A DNA stretch of 41,500 nucleotides from Candidatus Zixiibacteriota bacterium. GTDB taxonomy: Bacteria > Zixibacteria > MSB-5A5 > GN15 > FEB-12. The stretch lies in NCBI GenBank assembly GCA_030619085.1, contig JAUXCD010000001.1, forward strand, positions 1 through 41,500, read 5' to 3'. The notes under the pieces are model-generated. The model did not search any database and was not told the origin of the DNA. It saw only the letters and a program-made list of their open reading frames with translations. The position numbers and the translations under genes were made by a program. Of the stretch, positions 1-8,474 are shown piece by piece. Within the stretch, counting starts at the first letter, position 1. Each line of letters starts with the position of its first letter.

Positions 1-969
1 AGCGATAAACAGCGGTTCAGTTACATCGGTTTTGAGGTCTTTCCCGGTACTCCCAAGGACCTGTTCAAGTCCGACGCAGAGAAGAAGAAACTGATAGAGC
101 AACTGCATGCCAGGCGCAGCGAGACCGGCGCTCGAGAACACTGCACCCTCATGGAAGAGCGGGTGTCGTTGGTAGATCGGCTCGTTCTGACTATCGCCTG
201 TGTGGTGATTCTGGCTGCGCTTTTTCTCCCGTGGTACTCCGCCTACAATGAAGTTGCCGAGGAGGTAACCGAACAGGCCACTACGGCAATGACGACCGAC
301 AGCCTTCTGACCGACAGCACCTTGGCCGACAGTACCATGTTGGCCGCGAATCTGGGCGATTCGATCGCAATGATGGCGGTGGTCACCGGTGAGGAAGGAC
401 AGGCGGCCGAGGGAACCTCCGAGGTCTCCGAGACTCCCGAGGTGGCGGCTGACGAGGGTACGGCAGGTCCAAAGATGGCGGTGACCAAGGGTGACCATGA
501 AGATGAAGAGCTTATTCACGGTTACGTGGCCAAAAAGAAAGTCCACCGGGATTATTCCAAGATGTCGGGTCTCGGCTCCGTTTTGGCGCTGGGCTCGGTT
601 GGGCCGATGGTGTTTTCTTCCGGAGGCATCCTGGTGCTGACGGCTTTCATACTGTTGATATACGCTCTTGGATGCATCGGACTGCCGCTCTATACTCTTT
701 GGGGGCTGTACGGCACCAAAGGCAATTCCGATGAAAGGGCGCTGCAGTTGAAGCGGATTACCAAGTTCAACTGGATTCCGGTGATTCTGTTTTTTGTCGC
801 TATGGTGCTTTCTTTCCTGGGTGCTGAATACGGTTTTGATTCGACAGTCCTTTATGCATCGATCGGTGAGGCTTATGGCCCCGGCGTGTTCTTGGGATCG
901 TTGTCCTGGGGGTTGTTTATATCACTGGCGGCCTTCATTTTGCTGGCCGTAAAAGGAATTGAGATCTAA
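1..969 (+). CDS. Integral membrane protein of unknown function; the 5' end may lie upstream of the window
   Basis: ORF track gives 151..969. Frame 1 has no stop codon from nt 1 to 150 and there is no SD before ATG151, so the CDS may continue upstream (SDKQRFSYIGFEVFPGTPKDLF...). It has an acidic Thr/Ser/Asp low-complexity stretch (TDSLLTDSTLADST) followed by about 4 hydrophobic helices (GILVLTAFILLIYALGCIGLPLY, WIPVILFFVAMVLSFLG, LFISLAAFILLAV). Confidence 0.6.
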   Translation, partial: SDKQRFSYIGFEVFPGTPKDLFKSDAEKKKLIEQLHARRSETGAREHCTLMEERVSLVDRLVLTIACVVILAALFLPWYSAYNEVAEEVTEQATTAMTTDSLLTDSTLADSTMLAANLGDSIAMMAVVTGEEGQAAEGTSEVSETPEVAADEGTAGPKMAVTKGDHEDEELIHGYVAKKKVHRDYSKMSGLGSVLALGSVGPMVFSSGGILVLTAFILLIYALGCIGLPLYTLWGLYGTKGNSDERALQLKRITKFNWIPVILFFVAMVLSFLGAEYGFDSTVLYASIGEAYGPGVFLGSLSWGLFISLAAFILLAVKGIEI

Positions 970-999
970 CAATAAAATACATTTTGGAGGTTAGTGTAA

Positions 1000-1758
1000 G
1001 TGCTCAAACAAACTCTCTTCGTAACGCTCAACGCTCTGGTGGCGTTTGCTATCGGGTTTGGTCTCTGGTACGGCGTTTTTCGGACATCAGAAAACCCCAT
1101 TGTCCACTCTATCTACATGGGGGGACCGTTGGTAGTCTTGTTAATCATGATGTTTATCATGTGTCTCGTGTTCGTCGTCGAGCGGTATATCTCGCTCTAC
1201 GGCTCGGCCAAGGGCACAAGCTCGGTCCAGGTCTTCTTTAAGAAGCTGGTGACCCTCCTTCAGAGTGAGGATTACGAAGGTGCTCTGGCTGCCTGTGACA
1301 AGCAGCGTGGTACCACCGCCAACGTCCTGCGAGCCGGTATCGAACGGTATCGCGAGGTCAAAGGTCATACTAGTTATGACGGCGAGAAGAAGATTCAGTT
1401 GACCCAGACGGCTATCGAGGAAGCCAATGCGCTGGAAGGACCGCTGCTTGAGCGTAACCTGATCGCTCTGTCCACTATCGCTTCGATCGCCACCATGGTC
1501 GGCCTGCTGGGTACTACCATTGGTATGATTCGCGCCTTTGCCGCCACCGGTAACGTTGAGGGCGGTGTTATTGACGCGACGGCGCTGGCTACCGGTATTT
1601 CCGAGGCGCTGGTCAACACGGCCGGCGGTCTGCTTTCCGGTATCCTGGGTATTTTCTTCTACAATTACTTTGTCAACAAGGTAGACTCCTTCAACTATAC
1701 GACCGATGAAGCTACCTTTGAGGTGCTTCAGATATTGAAGGAAAAAGAAGGAATCTAA
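1000..1758 (+). CDS. exbB: MotA/TolQ/ExbB family proton-channel protein
   Basis: 252 aa with a GTG start and GGAGG 9 nt upstream. There are three TM segments. The C-terminal signature is typical of ExbB/TolQ (LSTIASIATMVGLLGTTIGMIRAF ... GISEALVNTAGGLL). Two ExbD genes and TonB follow directly. Confidence 0.85.
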   Translation: MLKQTLFVTLNALVAFAIGFGLWYGVFRTSENPIVHSIYMGGPLVVLLIMMFIMCLVFVVERYISLYGSAKGTSSVQVFFKKLVTLLQSEDYEGALAACDKQRGTTANVLRAGIERYREVKGHTSYDGEKKIQLTQTAIEEANALEGPLLERNLIALSTIASIATMVGLLGTTIGMIRAFAATGNVEGGVIDATALATGISEALVNTAGGLLSGILGIFFYNYFVNKVDSFNYTTDEATFEVLQILKEKEGI

Positions 1759-1761
1759 ACG

Positions 1762-2229
1762 ATGGGGATTAAGAAAAAACGGCGGGTTTCAATTCGAATC
1801 GATATGACACCGATGGTGGATATCGCCTTCCTGCTGTTGATTTTCTACATGGCGACGACTCAGTTTAAACCACCGGAGGCCCGGGCGGTTGAATTGCCTT
1901 CGTCCCATTCGCAAATCGAGTTGCCGGATAAGGATGTGATTCATATCACCGTTACGAAATATGACTCCATCTATGTTGACTACGTCGAGAAGGTCGTTAT
2001 CAATATTGACGGCACTGATGTCAACACGGCGGCTCGACGGGTTCGAAGAGTCGATAAGTACAACGTTTCAGAAGCCATCAACCGGGCCAGGGCCAAGAAT
2101 TTCAAGGCGCTGCTCGTTATCAAAGCTGACCGAAACGCCGGCTTCGGGGTGATGGACGACGTGATGACGTCGATGCAGGAAAACAACCTCGAACGATTCC
2201 TTATTATTACGGACCAAGAGGTTGAATAA
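1762..2229 (+). CDS. exbD: Biopolymer transport protein ExbD/TolR
   Basis: 155 aa, starting 3 nt after the exbB stop. The N-terminal basic stretch and single TM helix carry the ExbD signature IRIDMTPMVDIAFLLLIFYM. Confidence 0.85.
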   Translation: MGIKKKRRVSIRIDMTPMVDIAFLLLIFYMATTQFKPPEARAVELPSSHSQIELPDKDVIHITVTKYDSIYVDYVEKVVINIDGTDVNTAARRVRRVDKYNVSEAINRARAKNFKALLVIKADRNAGFGVMDDVMTSMQENNLERFLIITDQEVE

Positions 2230-2306
2230 GGCGGTTTGCACATAAGTTAGACTTTATTCGTTTAATGTCTTGGTCGCATGTGACCGAGAAGGAGTGATTG
2301 AAATAG

Positions 2307-2960
2307 ATGGCTGGTGATGTTGTAGAACGCGCCTCGAAAGGCGGGAAAAAAGGCTTACGAAGACCGAAACGGAGAATCTCGATCCGAATCGACATGACTC
2401 CTATGGTCGATATCGCCTTTCTGCTTCTGATTTTCTATATGGTTTCGACGGTCTTTTCGATGCCTCAGGCGATGGAGATCAACCTGCCCCCGAAAGACCA
2501 GGTAGAGGAGTTAGAGGTCAAGGAATCCAACCTGTTGTCGATTCGCGTTGACGAGGAAAGCCGCTTCTGGTGGAACATGAAGACGCCTACGCCCGACAAC
2601 CTTCCGCAACTGCTGCCAGACGATCCTGAAAAGCCGGATAGTGTGTTAACCTACCAGCTCTGGTCGGATACGTTGCGAGGTTTGTTGACGGCGCAGAATC
2701 GAGCCAACAGTAAACTCAGTACGTTGGTTCTCATTCACCGGGACGCTACCTATGCCGACATGGTCAATATTCTCGATGAGATTGACCTTATCGAGCGATC
2801 TTGGAATGCTTTCACCGCCGAGCAACTGGACAAAAAGAGAGAAGAGTTGACCAAAGATGAGAAATTCTCCTACCGCTATGCTATCGGCAAGTGGGAGGAA
2901 AAGGACAACAAGATCATCTCGGCCGCTCTTACCCAGGCAGTTGAAAGAGGTGAACTGTAA
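2307..2960 (+). CDS. exbD: ExbD/TolR family protein, second longer paralogue
   Basis: 217 aa. It has the same 20-aa TM signature (IRIDMTPMVDIAFLLLIFYM) as the upstream ExbD, plus an extended charged C-terminus. Its stop overlaps the tonB ATG (TAATG). Confidence 0.8.
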   Translation: MAGDVVERASKGGKKGLRRPKRRISIRIDMTPMVDIAFLLLIFYMVSTVFSMPQAMEINLPPKDQVEELEVKESNLLSIRVDEESRFWWNMKTPTPDNLPQLLPDDPEKPDSVLTYQLWSDTLRGLLTAQNRANSKLSTLVLIHRDATYADMVNILDEIDLIERSWNAFTAEQLDKKREELTKDEKFSYRYAIGKWEEKDNKIISAALTQAVERGEL

Positions 2961-3691
2961 TGGCTATTCAGATTAACGCCCTGTACTCGCCTTACGGAGC
3001 TTACGAACTGAAATCCAAGTACCAGCGGAATCTCCTGTTCGGCACACTCTCCACGCTGGCCGTTGTGGCCCTGATTCTACTGGTTTCATGGGTTATCTCC
3101 GCTATGAGTGAGGAGGAGATATTTGAGGCGCCGGCAGTCGTTATTAAGACGATAGCGGACCTGGGACCGCCTCCCAGTGTGACCAAGAAACCGCCGCAGG
3201 TCCAGGTGAGTCAGCCCAACGTCGCGATGCCAAAAGTGGGTATTCCCAAACCGGTCGCCGATGATGAGGTTCTTGACGACGATGTAGTCATTGCCTCCCG
3301 TGAGGAACTGGCTGAGATCGTAGCTCCGGATATCACCGAAGCTGGCAACGACGCCCCCATCGTGGTGGATATCGCCGATGATGACTTCCTCCCGGCTCCC
3401 ACTGACTTTATCGCGGTGGAGATTTATCCTGAGATGATTTTCGAGCACGTGCCCGACTACCCGCGTCTGGCCGAGCAGGCCGGTATCACCGGTCTGGTCT
3501 GGGTGAAAGCGCTGGTTGACGAAGAAGGTCTGGTTCGCAAAGCTATTCTCGGTAAGACCTCCGGTGTGAACTCACTCGACGAAGCGGCTGTGAAGGCGGC
3601 ATACAAGTGCAGATACAAACCGGGTATTCAGAATGGCCGCCCGGTTAAAGTTTGGGTAACTTACAAAGTCGAGTTTGAACTGACCAACTAA
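2960..3691 (+). CDS. tonB: Energy transducer TonB
   Basis: 243 aa with an N-terminal TM anchor and a Pro/Lys-rich spacer (GPPPSVTKKPPQVQVSQPNVAMPKVGIPKP). The C-terminal TonB_C-like domain reads YPRLAEQAGITGLVWVKALVDEEG...AAVKAAYKCRYKPGIQNGRPVKVWV. Confidence 0.85.
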   Translation: MAIQINALYSPYGAYELKSKYQRNLLFGTLSTLAVVALILLVSWVISAMSEEEIFEAPAVVIKTIADLGPPPSVTKKPPQVQVSQPNVAMPKVGIPKPVADDEVLDDDVVIASREELAEIVAPDITEAGNDAPIVVDIADDDFLPAPTDFIAVEIYPEMIFEHVPDYPRLAEQAGITGLVWVKALVDEEGLVRKAILGKTSGVNSLDEAAVKAAYKCRYKPGIQNGRPVKVWVTYKVEFELTN

Positions 3692-3716
3692 GAGACTTCC
3701 AAAATCTGACTTCCAC

Positions 3717-3756
3717 AAGCATCCCTGCCAATCGGCGAGGATGCTTTTTCTTTTTC
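3717..3756 (+). terminator. Rho-independent terminator of the exbB-tonB operon
   Basis: 8-bp stem aagcatcc (3717-3724) pairs with ggatgctt (3739-3746). It is followed by tttttcttttt. Confidence 0.7.
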
Positions 3757-3835
3757 GGGCCGCGTCGGCTATTTTGATAACCCTTTGTAATTGAGCAGCT
3801 TGTGATAAAATTGGTGGTAGCCTGTGTTTTTTCGC

Positions 3836-3864
3836 TTGACAGGGGCACAAATGTGCAGTATTAT
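3836..3864 (+). promoter_or_regulatory. Sigma70-type promoter (TTGACA-17 nt-TATTAT)
   Basis: TTGACA is at 3836-3841, followed by an exact 17-nt spacer and TATTAT at 3859-3864. The promoter lies 45 nt upstream of the zinc-ribbon ATG. Confidence 0.65.
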
Positions 3865-3908
3865 GCCTGCACGCCAATAATTGCCACCAAATCGAAAGGG
3901 GATAACAA

Positions 3909-4124
3909 ATGGACCACTTCAGCGATAGGGATGCTGTCTTTGCGGCCGAGTTTTCTGAGGACTACCGCTACGCCCTGCCGGGTTTTGTCAGCGCCGAGGA
4001 AAGCAGTAGCGATGAGATCAGCTATCTCAATGCCGCCACCTGTCCGGACTGCGGCGGCGGTATGGTTCGGCTGGGTAACTGCTTCAGTTGCCCGTCGTGC
4101 GGATATCAGAGCTGCGGCGTCTAA
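3909..4124 (+). CDS. Small acidic zinc-ribbon protein (CPDC...CPSC)
   Basis: 71 aa. AAAGGGGA SD lies 6 nt upstream and the consensus promoter lies upstream of that. Third codon positions are biased to C/G/T like neighbouring genes. The C-terminus has two CxxC knuckles (CPDCGGGMVRLGNCFSCPSCGYQSC). The N-terminal half is acidic. Confidence 0.6.
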   Translation: MDHFSDRDAVFAAEFSEDYRYALPGFVSAEESSSDEISYLNAATCPDCGGGMVRLGNCFSCPSCGYQSCGV

Positions 4125-4254
4125 GCGCCGGCTGCGTGTGATGCCGCACACGATTTCGAGTAAGAGTACGGTGCCCGGTGATGTCCTGCCGCGTGCGGTG
4201 ATGGATACTCACAGGGTGTCTGGGGCTGGGGTACTTTATGAGAAGGTTACGCTT

Positions 4255-6963
4255 ATGTATTTGAGTGATCTGAGCAAATGGGGGATACCGGAGTGCGTGC
4301 TACAGCGTTGGCGTGAGCGCCAGGGGGAACTGCTTCTGCCGGTGCAGAGCAAGGCGGTCCGCCGGGGACTGTTGGGGAATCCGTCGCCGGCCGATCAGCA
4401 GCACCCGGTCAACGTGCTGATTACCGCGCCGACGTCATCGGGGAAATCGTTCTGTGCCGAGCTGGCCGGTCTTAAAGCGGTCAGCGCTCGAAGGCGGACC
4501 GTGATGCTATTTCCGTTGAAATCACTGGCCGAACAAAAATATCGGCTTTTCCGCCAGACCTACGGACCGCTGGGGATCAAATGCCTGATTGTCACCGGCG
4601 ATCATCCGGAAAACGACCGGCCGTTTGTGGAAGGGAAATTTCAACTGGCTTTGGCTATCTATGAGAAACTCGACCAACTCCTGACCACCTCCCTGGATTC
4701 TTTGAAGAACGTCGGCACGGTGGTTGTGGACGAAATCCAGACTATCGCTGAGCCGGGGAGAGGCGCCGTTCTGGAGCGACTGCTGACGAAGATACTGGCG
4801 TCATCGTACACGCCCACCCTCGTCGGACTGTCGGCCGTCCTGGGGGGCGGCCACAATGCTTCGGCCGAGTTGATGGCTTCATGGCTTAGGGCGGTGCTGG
4901 TGGAGGAGACCGTCCGGCCGGTAGATCTGCTCCGAGGGGTGGCCGCCGAAGGTTCGTTCTGCTATCGTTCCTACAACAATCACCTGGAGGGTTCCCAGCC
5001 TTTTGTCAGAATCGAGGCGGGTGATGACCCTTATGTCGGTTTTGCCAACCAGGTGAAGTCCGATGACGGTTCCACGCTGGTATTTATGAAGTCGCGCATG
5101 GATACTGTCAACTGTGCCTGTCGCCTGGCCGCGGCCGTTGACTGGGGCCCGGCCCGTCATGCGCTGGACTTGCTGAAAGAAGAAGAACCGTCCTTTCTGG
5201 TGCGCTCGCTACGTCAGGCAATGAGCCACGGGGTGGCTTTTCATAATGCCGACCTCTCGCCACGACAAAGAAACATGGTAGAGCAAGCGTTTATAGATAA
5301 AGAAATTAAGGCGATTATATCAACTACTACTTTATCTATGGGGGTGAACCTCCCGGCGGATACGGTCTATCTGGAGACGGTCAAGTACGCCGCCGGTGAG
5401 TATGGCGGCAAACCGTCGCTGGTGCCGGTAACGCGATGTGAATTTGACAATATGACCGGCCGGGCCGGGCGGCTTGGGTCGGGTGATCGGGAAAAGCCGG
5501 GTCGGGCGATTGTTATGGCCGACTCCGCGTTTGAGCGGGAAGTGCTCTGGGCCAGCTATATCACTGGTGAGAATCACGACCTGTTCGACTCCGCCTTTGA
5601 CAGCATGCCCCTGGTCGACTGGACGCTTAATATTATTGTCTGTGGGCTGGCCCGAGATATGACCGGTCTTGAAGCCGTGTATGCTCATACCCTCCGGGCG
5701 CAAGATGGCGATGGCAATGACTCGTTGCCGGAATTTGAATCAGCCGTCGAGGCGCTCCGGCAAGCCGGACTGGTCAGATTCGATAAAGCGACCGGCGATA
5801 TTTTGCCGACCGCCCTGGGACGGGCGAGTTCTTCCCACGGATTGTCCGCCGCAGAGGTCGCTTACTACCTTTCTGAACTGAGTTCGTCCTGCCCGGAGAG
5901 AACGCCCGGCTGGCTGGCGCTGGCCCTGAGCGGTCCCGGATGGGCGCTGCCGGCCTCGCTGCTGACCAAATGGGAGTACAACCGCAATACATCCGTGAAG
6001 ATGCTCTGTCGCTTCTATGAGGAGCTTGTAAGCGATGCTGAGCGGCTGGTGCCGGTCAATCAACGTCAGCGGCCGACCTACCGGTCCTCGGCGGCGCTGA
6101 AGGCCTTTCTGGTGCTGCATGACTGGTGTCGTCTGGCTCCGGTGGAGAAGCTCGAGGAACGCTTTCAGATGCATCTGGGGCAGATTATGAGCCTCGGCGA
6201 AACGGCCGCTCATCTGGTCACCGCGATATCGGCATTGCTGGAAGCGACTGATCCTGACCCGAGCCGCGCCGACCATCTCTCTCGCTACGCCTTTACCCTT
6301 CGCTACGGTCTTCCTGACAACTGGCGCAAGCACCACCGGCACTTCCGAAATCTTCTCAGCCGCGGTGACTATATCGCGCTGGAGAGAGACGGCATACATG
6401 ATCTGGTCCAACTCTGTGAGTTATCGCCTGACCAGGTCGACCGGCTGATACCGGCCGGTGGTAAATCCGCAAAGATAAATAAGAGGATATTATCACTTAA
6501 AGAGGAGGTTTGTATGCAAACCAGAACTACCATGACGACGGCTGTGCCGGGCGCAAAAGCGGCCCTGCTGCTGGGTGAGCCGGAATCGATTGAGATCGAC
6601 GGCCGCTACGAAAAGGAACGCTACCTGATCCGGGTCAACGGCTTCCCGGTCTGGCTGACGGGTAAATCATTCAAGTACTTCGTGAAGCTGGCCTGGACGA
6701 GGTGCCACCGCGAAGCGGGATGGATTTACAAAGAGGACATCGAACAGGGGTTCAACCAGGCCCGTTACCTGTATCGCATGAAAAACGAGATTGCCGCGGG
6801 ACTGAGTATCAACTGGTCCGTGATCGAGAACAACCGGTTGGGGTATTATCGGCTGAGCGCCTTACCGTCAGCTATTCGTTTCAGCCTGGAGAACCTGAAA
6901 GATCACCCGGATTTCGAATTGCGTCAGCTTGTGCTCAAGAGGATTTCCGAAACCGTCAACTGA
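4255..6963 (+). CDS. Ski2/Hel308-like SF2 DEAD/DEAH-box helicase with C-terminal OmpR/PhoB-type winged-helix domain
   Basis: The ordered SF2 motifs are: I APTSSGKS, Ia LFPLKSLAEQK, II VVVDEIQ, III GLSAV, IV TLVFMKSR, V TTTLSMGVNLPA, VI MTGRAGR. A WH/ratchet/HhH-like region follows. The last ~150 aa match the Trans_reg_C pattern (LIRVNGFPVWLTGKSFKYFVKLA...ARYLYRMKNEI...NNRLGYYRL). I chose ATG 4255 as the start (alternative 4201). The ORF-track start at 3802 lies upstream of the promoter and overlaps the zinc-ribbon gene in another frame. Confidence 0.85.
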   Translation: MYLSDLSKWGIPECVLQRWRERQGELLLPVQSKAVRRGLLGNPSPADQQHPVNVLITAPTSSGKSFCAELAGLKAVSARRRTVMLFPLKSLAEQKYRLFRQTYGPLGIKCLIVTGDHPENDRPFVEGKFQLALAIYEKLDQLLTTSLDSLKNVGTVVVDEIQTIAEPGRGAVLERLLTKILASSYTPTLVGLSAVLGGGHNASAELMASWLRAVLVEETVRPVDLLRGVAAEGSFCYRSYNNHLEGSQPFVRIEAGDDPYVGFANQVKSDDGSTLVFMKSRMDTVNCACRLAAAVDWGPARHALDLLKEEEPSFLVRSLRQAMSHGVAFHNADLSPRQRNMVEQAFIDKEIKAIISTTTLSMGVNLPADTVYLETVKYAAGEYGGKPSLVPVTRCEFDNMTGRAGRLGSGDREKPGRAIVMADSAFEREVLWASYITGENHDLFDSAFDSMPLVDWTLNIIVCGLARDMTGLEAVYAHTLRAQDGDGNDSLPEFESAVEALRQAGLVRFDKATGDILPTALGRASSSHGLSAAEVAYYLSELSSSCPERTPGWLALALSGPGWALPASLLTKWEYNRNTSVKMLCRFYEELVSDAERLVPVNQRQRPTYRSSAALKAFLVLHDWCRLAPVEKLEERFQMHLGQIMSLGETAAHLVTAISALLEATDPDPSRADHLSRYAFTLRYGLPDNWRKHHRHFRNLLSRGDYIALERDGIHDLVQLCELSPDQVDRLIPAGGKSAKINKRILSLKEEVCMQTRTTMTTAVPGAKAALLLGEPESIEIDGRYEKERYLIRVNGFPVWLTGKSFKYFVKLAWTRCHREAGWIYKEDIEQGFNQARYLYRMKNEIAAGLSINWSVIENNRLGYYRLSALPSAIRFSLENLKDHPDFELRQLVLKRISETVN

Positions 6964-6964
6964 C

Positions 6965-7528
6965 CTAAGCCTGCATTTCGCGGACCCGGGTCTTGGGCAG
7001 TTCTTCGTGGCAATGGTTGTCGAAGCGCTTGATGATTGTTGCGGGCGTGCCACCGACAGTGCAGTTGTCCGGAACGTCGCGCATCACCACAAAACTGTTA
7101 GCGCCGATCTTGACATTGTTGCCGACCGTGATCGGCCCCAGCAGAATAGCCCCGGTTCCGACCAGAACATTGTTGCCCAGGGTAGGATGCCGTTTGCCGA
7201 TGTGCTTACCGGTTCCTCCCAGGGTGACATTGTGAAACAGAACGCAGTTGTCACCGATTTCAGTCGTCTCACCTATCACCAGACCGGCACCGTGATCGAC
7301 AAAGAACCCTTTGCCGAGAGTGGCTCCCGGATGAATCTCCAAGCCGGTGAAGAAGCGCGTCAACTGAGAAAACAAACGTGGGATAAACGGTACACCCAGC
7401 TTCCACAGAAAATGATTGATGCGGTGGAAGAAAATGGCATGAAACCCGGGATAGAGGAGAAACTCGATATTCCGGGCGGCCGGGTCGTTTCTGTAAATGG
7501 CCTTGATGTCTTCTAAGATTGCAAGCAT
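6965..7528 (-). CDS. cysE: Serine O-acetyltransferase
   Basis: 187 aa. The N-terminus [28 protein letters not shown] is typical of CysE. Left-handed hexapeptide repeats follow ([38 protein letters not shown]...). It lies immediately downstream of cysK. Confidence 0.9.
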   Translation of the reverse strand: MLAILEDIKAIYRNDPAARNIEFLLYPGFHAIFFHRINHFLWKLGVPFIPRLFSQLTRFFTGLEIHPGATLGKGFFVDHGAGLVIGETTEIGDNCVLFHNVTLGGTGKHIGKRHPTLGNNVLVGTGAILLGPITVGNNVKIGANSFVVMRDVPDNCTVGGTPATIIKRFDNHCHEELPKTRVREMQA

Positions 7529-7553
7529 AGTCTCTTATATCGTCAAAAATATA

Positions 7554-8474
7554 TTATTTTTGATCATTGAATAATGCCGTGGAAAGATAACGCTCCCCGG
7601 TATCGCAGATGATGGTCACCACGACTTTGCCGGGCCCGAGCTTTTCAGCCACCTGAATCGCCGCCCAAACGTTGGCGCCGGCCGAGATTCCGCCCAGGAT
7701 ACCTTCCTTCCGGGCGAGTTGTCTGGCCATCTCGAAGGTGTCATCGTTTTTGACGCGAATTACCTCATCGACAACACTGGCGTCATAGTTGTCCGGGATA
7801 AAGCCCGCGCCGATTCCCTGGATCGGATGTGGTCCCGGCTCGCCGCCGGAAATCACCGGCGAGGCCTCAGGCTCCACCGCATAGATTCTACAGCCGTACT
7901 TGTCTTTCAAAACCGCCCCGGCGCCGGTGACCGTACCGCCCGTCCCGACACCGGCCACGAAGGCGTGGAGGGAAAGGTCAGCAAGGTCTTCGATAATCTC
8001 TTTACCGGTGGTGAGGCGGTGAATTTCCGGATTGGCCGGATTGCTGAACTGGAATGGCTGGAAATAGCCGTGCCGAGCGGCCAGTTCCTCGGCTGCCTTA
8101 ATCGCCCCCTTCATACCTTCCTTACCCGGAGTGAGCACGATCTCGGCTTCGAACATCTTGAGAACCGCCCGTCGCTCCAGACTCATCGTTTCCGGCATAG
8201 TCAAGATGCATCGATATCCCTTGGCCGCGGCTACCATAGCCAGGGCGATGCCGGTATTGCCCGAAGTCGGCTCCACTATTGTCATGCCCGGCTTCAGGGT
8301 ACCATCTCGTTCCGCTGTCTCGATCATGGCCGCGCCAATCCGGTCTTTTACCGAACTGCCCGGGTTGAAACTCTCCATCTTGCAGTAGATTGTCGCCGAG
8401 TTCTCTCCGGCGAGGCGGTTGATTCTCACCAGAGGGGTATGACCGATAGCCTGGATAATGTCGTCAAATCTCAT
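7554..8474 (-). CDS. cysK: Cysteine synthase A (O-acetylserine sulfhydrylase)
   Basis: PLP-dependent fold motifs are present: [25 protein letters not shown] (PLP lysine), [23 protein letters not shown] placed the start at the internal Met MRFDDI (8474), which matches family N-termini. The ORF track extends to 8525. Confidence 0.9.
   Translation of the reverse strand: MRFDDIIQAIGHTPLVRINRLAGENSATIYCKMESFNPGSSVKDRIGAAMIETAERDGTLKPGMTIVEPTSGNTGIALAMVAAAKGYRCILTMPETMSLERRAVLKMFEAEIVLTPGKEGMKGAIKAAEELAARHGYFQPFQFSNPANPEIHRLTTGKEIIEDLADLSLHAFVAGVGTGGTVTGAGAVLKDKYGCRIYAVEPEASPVISGGEPGPHPIQGIGAGFIPDNYDASVVDEVIRVKNDDTFEMARQLARKEGILGGISAGANVWAAIQVAEKLGPGKVVVTIICDTGERYLSTALFNDQK

Noticed and set aside
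3802-4254. A 151-codon stop-free N-terminal extension of the helicase ORF. The ORF track starts it at 3802, which gives a 1053-aa protein.
   Set aside because: The extension starts upstream of the consensus promoter (3836-3864). It overlaps the whole zinc-ribbon CDS in another frame. It has the Arg/Ala/Ser/Pro/Thr-rich composition typical of off-frame translation and no SD. The helicase Q-motif region begins right after ATG 4255. The absence of stops over 151 codons is unusual, so a check for dual coding by conservation analysis would be reasonable, but I do not claim it.
5740-6411. Long antisense or off-frame ORFs inside confident genes. Examples are 5740..6411(-), 6929..7516(+), 7719..8555(+), 10166..10819(-), 12622..13230(-), 19254..19883(-), 21047..21622(-), 23609..24358(-), 24109..24759(-), 32921..33784(-), 35017..35727(-), 36025..36744(-), 39006..39647(+) and 40489..41034(+).
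   Set aside because: All lie fully within, and opposite to or out of frame with, CDS that carry clear family motifs. Their translations are Arg/Gly/Pro/Ser-rich with no motifs, starts or SDs. These are the typical shadow ORFs of moderately GC-rich DNA.
1000-6963. A Zorya-like defence system, suggested by MotA/ExbB-like and MotB/ExbD-like genes followed by a helicase.
   Set aside because: The exbB-exbD-exbD genes are followed by a bona fide TonB with a TonB_C domain. The ExbB is 252 aa, whereas ZorA is far longer with a long tail. A strong terminator and a separate promoter separate the operon from the helicase cassette. No ZorC-like gene is present.
3909-6963. A Hachiman-type system, since HamB is a Ski2-like helicase.
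   Set aside because: There is no HamA/DUF1837-sized nuclease gene. The only partner is a 71-aa zinc ribbon. Without searches I cannot link the cassette to a named system.
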